DNA of 64,000 nucleotides from Lachnospiraceae bacterium (GTDB taxonomy: Bacteria > Bacillota > Clostridia > Lachnospirales > Lachnospiraceae). The notes under the pieces are model-generated. The model made no database searches, was not told the origin of the DNA, and saw only the letters and a program-made list of their open reading frames with translations. This document shows, in pieces, positions 1-7,307 of the stretch. The DNA is taken from assembly GCA_017438305.1 (NCBI GenBank), contig JAFRVX010000114.1, positions 2,602 through 66,601 on the forward strand. Direction: 5' to 3'. A program made the translations under genes and the position numbers. Each line of letters starts with the position of its first letter. Position 1 is the first letter of the stretch.

Positions 1-38
1 AGATCCGACACGTCCGCCTGGATAAAGCAGAGCATTTC

Positions 39-920
39 ATGGCTGAGCTCGGCATCCCCCGGGAGATGATCCTGAAGGGCGGCGATCTGATGCTGAAAGA
101 GATCGATGAAGCTTTTGAAAAAGAAACCGGGAGTGCTGTTTCTGTGCCCGACGCTTTCGGTACACAGGAACAGATGTCTTCAACGGATACTATCGACATG
201 CAAGACACGCTTCCAGACAGCGAAAAAGAACAGCTGTCTGCTGCCGCCCAAATCGCCCTGCCTGTCGGCACTTCGGAGCTGATCCACCAGTTCTATGATG
301 CCATGGAAAGCCGGGAAAACGGTGCCTGGCGTGACCTCCCGGAGGACATCTGGGAAGCTACGATAGCCTGCTATCCACGCTTTATCAGTGAATACCGCCG
401 TTCCTACGGAACCGACGGCTTCGACCGCTTTTTCTGGACCACCCGTCAGCGGGACGCGAAGCTTTTCCGTATCGGCGCCCTGGAATATGAAATGATCACC
501 GCAGAAAACGGTGATCCGGTGATCTCTGTCCATATCCCTTCTAACGTGGAACTGGTGCCGGAAAGCCTGAATCTTTCCGTGGAAAAGGCCCGGGCATTCT
601 TCAAAGCGTATTTCCCCGAATGGGCCGAAGCACCCATGGTGTGTGAGTCATGGCTGCTTTCTCCCCTGCTTAAAGAATTGCTCCCCGAAAGCTCCCATAT
701 CCTCCTGTTCCAGCGGGCCTTCGACATCCTTGAAACGGACCCGGACAACGAAGATGCCCTGGAATGGGTCTTCCACATTGCCGGCGGCCAGCGAGGCAGC
801 TTTAAGGCTGAAGAGTTGAAGGAAGATACCTCACTCCAGCGGAAGCTGAAAGCGCTGTACCTGAAGGGCATAAAACCCGGAGCCGCCAGAGGTGTGCTTG
901 CGCGAAGGTTCGGGGAATAA
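39..920 (+). CDS. acyltransferase-domain protein (DUF5596 / GNAT-like C-terminal domain type)
   Basis: 293-aa ORF. The pattern LFRIGALEYEM...SVHIPS...CESWLLSP...LFQRAFDI resembles an uncharacterised Firmicutes acyltransferase-domain family. The frame stays open back to base 3, so the start at 39 is provisional. A hairpin terminator follows. Confidence 0.55.
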   Translation: MAELGIPREMILKGGDLMLKEIDEAFEKETGSAVSVPDAFGTQEQMSSTDTIDMQDTLPDSEKEQLSAAAQIALPVGTSELIHQFYDAMESRENGAWRDLPEDIWEATIACYPRFISEYRRSYGTDGFDRFFWTTRQRDAKLFRIGALEYEMITAENGDPVISVHIPSNVELVPESLNLSVEKARAFFKAYFPEWAEAPMVCESWLLSPLLKELLPESSHILLFQRAFDILETDPDNEDALEWVFHIAGGQRGSFKAEELKEDTSLQRKLKALYLKGIKPGAARGVLARRFGE

Positions 921-1052
921 GTGGTGACAGGAGAAACTTGAGACAGGCGTGATAATAATAAGGGATCACTGCAGATAAGCGTAACCGTAAACAGGAAAAT
1001 TACAGACAAACGTAATAGTAAAAAAACACATAGACAATAATAACCATAAACA

Positions 1053-1091
1053 GGGGGCTGACGCACCAGGTGCGTCAGCCCCCATTGTTTT
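1053..1091 (+). terminator. rho-independent terminator of the 39-920 gene
   Basis: GGGGGCTGACGCACC / GGTGCGTCAGCCCCC inverted repeat (1053-1067 / 1069-1083) followed by ATTGTTTT. Confidence 0.7.
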
Positions 1092-1107
1092 GTAAGTTAT
1101 TGCAGGA

Positions 1108-1224
1108 CCTCATCCGGCCCTTCGGGCCACCTTCCCCAGAGGGGAAGGCATATAAGGCTTCCCCTCTGGGGAAGCTGTCTGCCGCAGGCAGACTGATGAG
1201 GCAGCCGCAGGCAGACTGATGAGG
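1108..1224. repeat. double-hairpin palindromic repeat units (one forward, one inverted, one partial)
   Basis: Forward unit 1108-1149: CCTCATCCG + GGCCC TTC GGGCC + CACCTTCCCCAGAGGGGAAGGC. Inverted unit 1157-1201. Partial unit 1202-1224. The same family occurs at 45034-45372, 47634-47760 and 61874-62066. Confidence 0.85.
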
Positions 1225-1228
1225 TTTT

Positions 1229-2098
1229 TTAGTTCTCCACGCAGTCCTTATAGAAGATTCTCTTGCAGTTATAGACCAAAGAGCATCCCTTGTATTCGAA
1301 TCTGCGGGTATTTTCGTCGCAGACATGTTTGGCGTCCCAGCCATGGGGGTTCAGGCCCCAGGTCATGGAGAAGGGATCGGTACTGCCTTCGGCGCCGTTC
1401 ATCAGCTGCTCGCAGGCTTCGATCATGTAATCCAGATAGGCGATGTCAATGGGCGCGCCGTTGTGAGCCGGGCAGATGCAGGTCGCGCGGCCAGCCAACT
1501 TCTTCTTGAGCTCCAGGAGGTTGTCCCGGTAAAGCTCGATGCAGTTATTGCCGGTGGGGCGCATGACCAGGACCTGGCCGCCTTCGAATTCGTCGCCGGT
1601 AAAGACACAGCCGTACTTGGTGTCGAAGTAAACGATGGAGGATTCAGCATGACAGCCGCAGAAATACAGGCATTCGATCTTCCGGTCGCCCAGGTCGATC
1701 ACATCGCCGTCCTTGATGATGGTGGGGGTGTAATCCGCCGGAGCGTTCCAGCCCTGGATGTTGCCGTTCTTCTTCATCGCCTGGATCTCTTCCCAGCATT
1801 TCTCGGTCATGTAGATCGGGCAGTCCTTGAAGAAGGTATTGTTCTCCGTATGGTCGCCGTGGGAGTGGGTGGAAGCCACCACCAGGGGCTTGTCGGTGAC
1901 GCACTGTTCAATATAGCCGCGGATATCCAGATCTTCCTGGAGCGTATCGATGACCATGGCTTTCTCCGAGCCTTCCACCACGTAGGAGCGGGTCGCCGCC
2001 ATATCCATGGTGACCGGATTCAGAAGCCAGGTGTCAGGCTTTACCAGGATCCGCATAAACTGCTTATTCACCGGCCAGTCTTTAAAACTAACACTCAT
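1229..2098 (-). CDS. MBL-fold metallo-hydrolase (paralogue 1 of 3)
   Basis: Start moved to the internal ATG at 2098 (MSVSFKDWPVNKQ), which aligns with the paralogues and follows GAGGAA. Motifs: HSHGDH (HxHxDH), GCH, TGDEFEGGQV, PAHNG. Confidence 0.8.
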   Translation of the reverse strand: MSVSFKDWPVNKQFMRILVKPDTWLLNPVTMDMAATRSYVVEGSEKAMVIDTLQEDLDIRGYIEQCVTDKPLVVASTHSHGDHTENNTFFKDCPIYMTEKCWEEIQAMKKNGNIQGWNAPADYTPTIIKDGDVIDLGDRKIECLYFCGCHAESSIVYFDTKYGCVFTGDEFEGGQVLVMRPTGNNCIELYRDNLLELKKKLAGRATCICPAHNGAPIDIAYLDYMIEACEQLMNGAEGSTDPFSMTWGLNPHGWDAKHVCDENTRRFEYKGCSLVYNCKRIFYKDCVEN

Positions 2099-2102
2099 GC
2101 TA

Positions 2103-2972
2103 TTATTCCTCGCAGTCCTTGTAGAAGATCCTCTTCCTGTTGTAAACGATGGACGTGCCCTTCCACTCCGAACGTCTGACATCTTCGTTGGTCATACGGT
2201 CGATGGAATAACCGTGAGGATTCAGGCCAAAGGTGAAGGAACGGATATCTTCCATGCCTTCGCGTCCGGCCATGATCTGCTCGCAGTTCTCGATCATGTT
2301 GTCCAGGATCTGGATGTCGATGGGGGATCCGTTATGGGGCGGGCAGACCACTGTTGCCCTGCCGGCGATACGGTCGCGAAGCGCCACACAGTTATCCCGG
2401 TAAAGCTCGATGCAGTTATTGCCCCGCTGGCCCATGATCAGCACCTGGCCGCCTTCAAATTCGTCGCCGGTAAACAGGCAGCCGTACTTGAGGTCCAGAT
2501 AAACGATGGAGGAAGCGCTGTGGCAGCCCGCGAATTTGATGCATTCCAGCTGACGGTTGCCCAGATCGATGATATCGCCGTCCTTGATGATGGTGGGCGT
2601 GTAGTTAAGCTTCCACTCCCACTTGCTGCCCGGCCTGGGATTGGCCGCTGATGCCTGGATCTCTTCCCAGGCGATCTCGGTCATATAGATCGTGCAGTCC
2701 GCAAACTGGGAATTGTTCAGGGTGTGGTCGCCATGGGAATGGGTGCAGGCCACGCAGATCTCCTTGCCGGGGAAGTTCTCTTCCACATAGGCTCTTAAAT
2801 CCAGATCCAGATCCGTGGTGTCCATGATGAGGACCTTGTCGTCACCCTCGATAACATGGGGCTGGGACTGGGCATTGTCCATGGTAACACCCTGCAGGAA
2901 CCAGGTCTCCGGCTTTACCAGCCGTCTCATAAACTGTTTATTAACAGGCCAGTCTCTGAAACTAACGCTCAT
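2103..2972 (-). CDS. MBL-fold metallo-hydrolase (paralogue 2 of 3)
   Basis: Internal ATG at 2972 (MSVSFRDWPVNKQ) preceded by AAGGAGG. Same HSHGDH / GCH / TGDEFEGGQV / PPHNG motifs. Confidence 0.8.
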   Translation of the reverse strand: MSVSFRDWPVNKQFMRRLVKPETWFLQGVTMDNAQSQPHVIEGDDKVLIMDTTDLDLDLRAYVEENFPGKEICVACTHSHGDHTLNNSQFADCTIYMTEIAWEEIQASAANPRPGSKWEWKLNYTPTIIKDGDIIDLGNRQLECIKFAGCHSASSIVYLDLKYGCLFTGDEFEGGQVLIMGQRGNNCIELYRDNCVALRDRIAGRATVVCPPHNGSPIDIQILDNMIENCEQIMAGREGMEDIRSFTFGLNPHGYSIDRMTNEDVRRSEWKGTSIVYNRKRIFYKDCEE

Positions 2973-2986
2973 ATCATCCCTCCTTA

Positions 2987-3922
2987 TTAATCCAGGTCCA
3001 GATCTTTTAAGAAGACCCGGTTCCGGTTGTAAACGATGGAAGTGCCCTTCCATTCCGAACGAAGCGCGGTGCCCTTGCCTTTTTCCAGTCTTGCCATGCC
3101 GTCGTTGATCTCGTCGGGATCACGGGTGAAGGGCAGGTTGTGATAGGACTGGGGATTGCGGCCGTAGGACATGGAGCTGACGTCTTCCATGCCGGGGATG
3201 CCGGACATGATGCGCTCGCAGTTCTCGATCATATTGTCCAGGGTCAGCGGATCCAGCGGAGATCCGTTGTGCGGCGGGCAGATGCAGGTGGCTCTTCCTG
3301 CAACGACGTCGCGCAGCTTCACCAGGTTGTCGCGGTAGAATTCCACGGAATTCTTCTTGGAAGCAGCACCGCCCACCAGGACCTGGCCGCCTTCGAATTC
3401 ATCACCGGTGAACAGGCAGCCGTACTTGGTATCCAGGTACGCGGCCGAGGAAGCGCTGTGGCAGCCGTTGAACTCAATGACTTCCAGGCCTCTTCCGCCA
3501 AGGTCGATGACGTCGCCGGGCTTCACGATGGTGGGTTCGTAATTCAGCGGGGTATCCCAGCCGTTCGGCATGCCGGGACGCGGGCGTTTCCGGGATTCCT
3601 GGATCTCTTCCCAGCAGACTTCCGTCATATAGATGGGGCAGCCCTCGAACTGATAGTTGTTGGCGGTATGATCGCCGTGGGAATGGCTGCAGACCACCAC
3701 CAGAGGCTTGTCCGTCACGCATTTTTCCACGTATTCCCGTACGTTGTAGGGAAGGTCCGTGGTATCGATAACAGCGGCGTACTTATCGCCGATCACCACA
3801 TGGGGATGGGGCGCGGCGCAGTCCTCTACGAATCCGTTCAGGATCCAGGTATCGGGCTTGACAAGACGCTTCATGAACTGTTTCTCGATGGGAAGCTCGA
3901 GAACATTGATTTTTTCACTCAT
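2987..3922 (-). CDS. MBL-fold metallo-hydrolase (paralogue 3 of 3)
   Basis: 311 aa, AGGAGGAAATTCATT-ATG. Same zinc-ligand motifs and the shared C-terminal tail SEWKGTSIVYNRNRVF. Confidence 0.8.
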   Translation of the reverse strand: MSEKINVLELPIEKQFMKRLVKPDTWILNGFVEDCAAPHPHVVIGDKYAAVIDTTDLPYNVREYVEKCVTDKPLVVVCSHSHGDHTANNYQFEGCPIYMTEVCWEEIQESRKRPRPGMPNGWDTPLNYEPTIVKPGDVIDLGGRGLEVIEFNGCHSASSAAYLDTKYGCLFTGDEFEGGQVLVGGAASKKNSVEFYRDNLVKLRDVVAGRATCICPPHNGSPLDPLTLDNMIENCERIMSGIPGMEDVSSMSYGRNPQSYHNLPFTRDPDEINDGMARLEKGKGTALRSEWKGTSIVYNRNRVFLKDLDLD

Positions 3923-3994
3923 AATGAATTTCCTCCTGAAAATATAGATTAACTTTATTGTAATGTTTTAAACCCACATTGACAATAACCTTTG

Positions 3995-4034
3995 CAAGGG
4001 TATTTTCCGAATCCTTCAAGGGTATTTTCCGAAT
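3995..4034. promoter_or_regulatory. 18-bp direct repeat x2 (CAAGGGTATTTTCCGAAT) in a divergent control region
   Basis: Identical copies at 3995-4012 and 4017-4034 (period 22 bp), just downstream of a TTGACA hexamer at 3979-3984. They lie between the MBL operon and the HprK-like/PqqD/rSAM operon. Confidence 0.5.
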
Positions 4035-4334
4035 TGGACAGCCTGACTTCCGTTCCGGACCGGGCTTCTGCGGCTGTTCCGGGACTTTAAGACCTTTTTG
4101 TTCAGGAAGATTTCCGCCCTTTTGTCTGTACAAATCAGCGGCCGGATGCTAAAATAAGAAATCTAATCGTTAATTGTATGCAGAAGATCAGGATCGTCCG
4201 TGGTCTTTCAGGCAGGGCTGAGAGAGCGTCTTTCAGACAAGCCAGGCAGATAATCTTTAAGACAGACCGGACTCCTGCCGGGAATTCCTTCATCCGGCAT
4301 AAGTCAGAAGCCGGGGAACAAGAAAAGAGAAAAT

Positions 4335-5207
4335 ATGAATATCGTTCGTTACTACACCATAGGAACCTTTACTTTTTCCCTCTCCTGTCCGGAAGAACTG
4401 CCGGTTCCGGCAAATATGGCCTTATTCGAGCTTCACGAACTTGCCGTTTCGAAGGAGCAGGAACCTTATCTCTATACAGTCTCCTTGACAAAGGGCTTTC
4501 CTCTTCCGTCCGGCTCCCCCGATATCATCCGGGAAGATATGGCGGTCTGGCTCCGGAACGGCCTGGAGACCCGGTATCTGTGGTTTCATCAGCACCGCCA
4601 TGAAGGTCCCTATGCCTGTGTACGGGAAGAGGATTCACGGCACACGGCCGTCTTCATCGATCCCCGGGTCACGGAGGATTTTCTGTATGACACAGTCTTC
4701 CTGTCGGTTCTTGCCTTGGAAAAACATATGATCGGCTGCGATGCCCTGATCCTGCACAGCGCCTACATCGTCCATGAAAACCGGGCCATCCTCTTTACGG
4801 CCCCCGCGGGTACCGGAAAAAGCACCCAGGCAGGTCTCTGGGAAAAGTACCGGGGCGCCTTCCAGGTCAACGGAGACCGGACCCTGCTTCAGAAGATCGG
4901 CGGATGCTGGTATGCCCGGGGCTGGCCGGTGTGCGGTAGTTCTGAGATCTGTCACAATCTGGATACCTCCCTTTATGGCATCGTTGTCCTGAGCCAGGGA
5001 GAAAAGAACGAAGCGGTCAGAAGAGAGGCAGGCAAAGCCTTTCAGGAAATTTATCCCCAGATCACGGTGAACCGCTGGAACAGGGATTTCCAGTTAAAGG
5101 CCATGGATCTTACGGAAGCCCTGCTTCGGGAGATCCCGGTTTATCATCTCTCCTGCACCATATCCGAAGAAGCGGTGGAATGCCTGGAAAAGGTGCTGTT
5201 TCCCTGA
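4335..5207 (+). CDS. HPr kinase/phosphorylase C-terminal-domain-like P-loop protein
   Basis: 290 aa. LHSAYIVHENRAILFTAPAGTGKSTQAGLW is a Walker A motif in the context typical of HprK homologues found in peptide-modification clusters. Confidence 0.6.
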   Translation: MNIVRYYTIGTFTFSLSCPEELPVPANMALFELHELAVSKEQEPYLYTVSLTKGFPLPSGSPDIIREDMAVWLRNGLETRYLWFHQHRHEGPYACVREEDSRHTAVFIDPRVTEDFLYDTVFLSVLALEKHMIGCDALILHSAYIVHENRAILFTAPAGTGKSTQAGLWEKYRGAFQVNGDRTLLQKIGGCWYARGWPVCGSSEICHNLDTSLYGIVVLSQGEKNEAVRREAGKAFQEIYPQITVNRWNRDFQLKAMDLTEALLREIPVYHLSCTISEEAVECLEKVLFP

Positions 5208-5258
5208 AACCGTTCCGCCCGGGATCAACAGACAGCCTATACAAATTCCGGAAAGATC

Positions 5259-5300
5259 CTTACGAACACTGATAAGATTCTTACAAACACTGATAAGATT
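5259..5300. promoter_or_regulatory. 21-bp direct repeat x2 (CTTACNAACACTGATAAGATT)
   Basis: Copies at 5259-5279 and 5280-5300, in the 146-bp gap between the HprK-like gene and the PqqD gene. Confidence 0.45.
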
Positions 5301-5353
5301 CTCCTGAAGCAGATAAACCCTCTGAAATACCAAAAACGAAAGGAAGCCGAAAC

Positions 5354-5692
5354 ATGCCCGGTGAAGCCGCCATTTTCGAAAACATCTCCTGGGACAGTGT
5401 CCTCACGACCAGCCCGGACTACATTTTAAGACAGATCGGCGAGGAGACCATCCTGGTCCCCGTCGTTTCCGAAGGCCCCCTGGCCAATACCATGATGACC
5501 ATGAATGATACCGCCTGCTGGCTGTGGAACTCCTTCGCGAAAGGCGCCTCTTCCCAGGATGTGCTGAAAGCCGCCGTCCGGGAATATGACGACGGCACCG
5601 CGGACCACAAAGCCATTACGGAAGGCGTATACCGGTTCGTCCTGGAAAGCCTTGCCCTGGGAACGCTGATCCTGAAAGAGGACGCTTCATGA
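5354..5692 (+). CDS. PqqD-family protein (RiPP recognition element type)
   Basis: 112 aa. ILRQIGEETILVPV...MNDTACWLWN...SQDVLKAAVREY fits the PqqD pattern. SD is AAGGAAG. Its stop overlaps the next start (ATGA). Confidence 0.7.
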   Translation: MPGEAAIFENISWDSVLTTSPDYILRQIGEETILVPVVSEGPLANTMMTMNDTACWLWNSFAKGASSQDVLKAAVREYDDGTADHKAITEGVYRFVLESLALGTLILKEDAS

Positions 5693-6819
5693 ATCCTGCG
5701 GAAGGCGCCGCAACGGAAGAACAGCGGCTGCTGTTTCTTGGCGCGGAACGGAAAATGCCCCTCAACGGCAGTCTGGAGCTGTCTCCTCTCTGCAACATGG
5801 ACTGCGAAATGTGCTACGTCCGGCTGTCTAAGGAAGAAGCTTCCGCCTGCGGCCGCCTGAAGACCGCCGATGAATGGCTTCAGCTGGCGGAACAGCTGAA
5901 GGAAGCCGGCGTGCTCTTTCTGCTGCTTACCGGCGGAGAGCCACTTTTATATCCAGACTTTAAAAGGCTTTTTGTCTCCCTCCGGAAGATGGGCTTTATC
6001 CTGACCGTCAATACCAACGGAACCCTTCTGGACGAAGCCTGGGCCGATTTTTTCAGGGAAAACCGGCCGCGCCGCATCAATCTGACCCTCTACGGGACTT
6101 CTGACCTTGCTTATCAGAAGCTCTGCCATTATCCCGACGGCTTTGAAAAAGCGCTGAAGTCAGCGCGTTATCTTAAAGACCGGGGAACCGACGTCCGCTT
6201 CAGCTACAGCCTTACCCGGGAGAATCTTTCCTCCCTTAACGCTTTTTTCGATCTTTCCGAAGAGCTCGGCATCCCCTGCAGCGTCGATACCTATATGATG
6301 CCTGTCACCAGGGAACGGAACAGACCCTATGCCCTGGCTTCCCGGGTCTCTCCGGAAGAGGCCGCAGCCTGCACCCTTGAGATCAGAAGAAGAGCCTGCG
6401 GCTCACCGGAAAAGTTTGCCGGATACTGCAGAGATACCTTGTCGTCTCTGGAAAAAGCGGCAGCTTATATTAATGCGCATCCTTCTTCCAAAGAGCCTGT
6501 GCCCTCCTCCTGTCTTGCGGGAAGATGTTCCTTCTCCGTAAGCTGGCTGGGGACCCTGCATCCCTGCGTCATGCTGACGCACCCGGAGATCAACGTTTTC
6601 GAAACGCCCTTTGCAGAAGGCTGGAAGATCCTTACGGAAGGCATGGGATCCGTGTATCTGAACGGGACCTGCGCTTCCTGTGAAAAGCGCCTGATCTGCG
6701 AGTTCTGTCCCGCCGCCGCCCTGTCGGAGACCGGAGATATAAACAAAGCTCCCGAATACCTGTGCCGGTATTCGGAAGCCCTGGTAAAACTTATGAAAGA
6801 AATCCTGTCTGATCTCTGA
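5689..6819 (+). CDS. radical SAM / SPASM-domain protein (peptide-maturase type)
   Basis: 376 aa. CNMDCEMC (CX3CX2C), LLLTGGEPLL, and a C-terminal Cys cluster CLAGRCS...HPC...CASCEKRLICEFC typical of SPASM auxiliary Fe-S domains. Confidence 0.8.
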   Translation: MNPAEGAATEEQRLLFLGAERKMPLNGSLELSPLCNMDCEMCYVRLSKEEASACGRLKTADEWLQLAEQLKEAGVLFLLLTGGEPLLYPDFKRLFVSLRKMGFILTVNTNGTLLDEAWADFFRENRPRRINLTLYGTSDLAYQKLCHYPDGFEKALKSARYLKDRGTDVRFSYSLTRENLSSLNAFFDLSEELGIPCSVDTYMMPVTRERNRPYALASRVSPEEAAACTLEIRRRACGSPEKFAGYCRDTLSSLEKAAAYINAHPSSKEPVPSSCLAGRCSFSVSWLGTLHPCVMLTHPEINVFETPFAEGWKILTEGMGSVYLNGTCASCEKRLICEFCPAAALSETGDINKAPEYLCRYSEALVKLMKEILSDL

Positions 6820-6854
6820 TCGGGGAGTTTCCGCCCTGACCTGGAAGTTCATCG

Positions 6855-7178
6855 TCAGGCACCTGTCTCCGTTTCTGTTTTTTCGTCCGCCTGACCATTT
6901 CCTTCGGACCCGGCTTTTTCATCCACGATCATTTCGTTCCCGGTTTTTTCACTCCCGGATCCTTCAATGACATTCAGACCGGCCTGCTTCTCTTTCTGGA
7001 GCAGGCTGGCCTTTCTTTTTTCTTCCTGCGCTTTCAGACGCTTTTTCTGCACCAGGATGATCCCTACAGCGGCGCAGAGGATGACCAGGCCGATCACCGC
7101 CAGCACCGGAAGAAGCGCCAGAAGGATCTCTGCCGGACCTGGAACAAAAATGACGTCGCCCAAAATCATTCTCATCAT
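6855..7178 (-). CDS. small single-pass membrane protein, acidic/lysine-rich tail
   Basis: 107 aa. One hydrophobic helix (LLALLPVLAVIGLVILCAAVGIILV) followed by a charged low-complexity tail. Weak SD. Confidence 0.45.
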   Translation of the reverse strand: MMRMILGDVIFVPGPAEILLALLPVLAVIGLVILCAAVGIILVQKKRLKAQEEKRKASLLQKEKQAGLNVIEGSGSEKTGNEMIVDEKAGSEGNGQADEKTETETGA

Positions 7179-7195
7179 CTTTCTTTACCTGTCTT

Positions 7196-7307
7196 TCTGT
7201 CTGTTTGCGGAACGGTCTGTTCGCGGAACGGTCTGTTTGCAGACCAGTCGGTTTACAGACCAGTCCGTTTACAGACCAGTCTGTTACGGAACTGTCTGTT
7301 TACAGAA
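7196..7307. repeat. short tandem repeats (GCGGAACGGTCTGTT x2; GTTTACAGACCAGTC x2-3)
   Basis: Read directly. GTTTACAGACCAG at 7251-7263 and 7267-7279. The variant GTTTGCAGACC at 7235-7245. CTGTCTGTTTACAGA at 7292-7306, spanning the stop codon of the gene 7300-8217. Confidence 0.8.

Noticed and set aside
4178-4603. The 141-aa ORF that overlaps the start of the HprK-like gene, considered as a possible precursor or extra gene.
   Set aside because: No SD. It has Arg/Ser-rich low-complexity sequence and overlaps a motif-supported gene in another frame.
5094-5333. The minus-strand 79-aa ORF and a plus-strand 30-codon ORF (5180-5272) across the kinase/PqqD gap, considered as candidate precursors.
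   Set aside because: The first is on the wrong strand and largely antisense to the kinase-like gene. The second has no Cys, no proper SD spacing, and is explained by the 21-bp DNA repeat.
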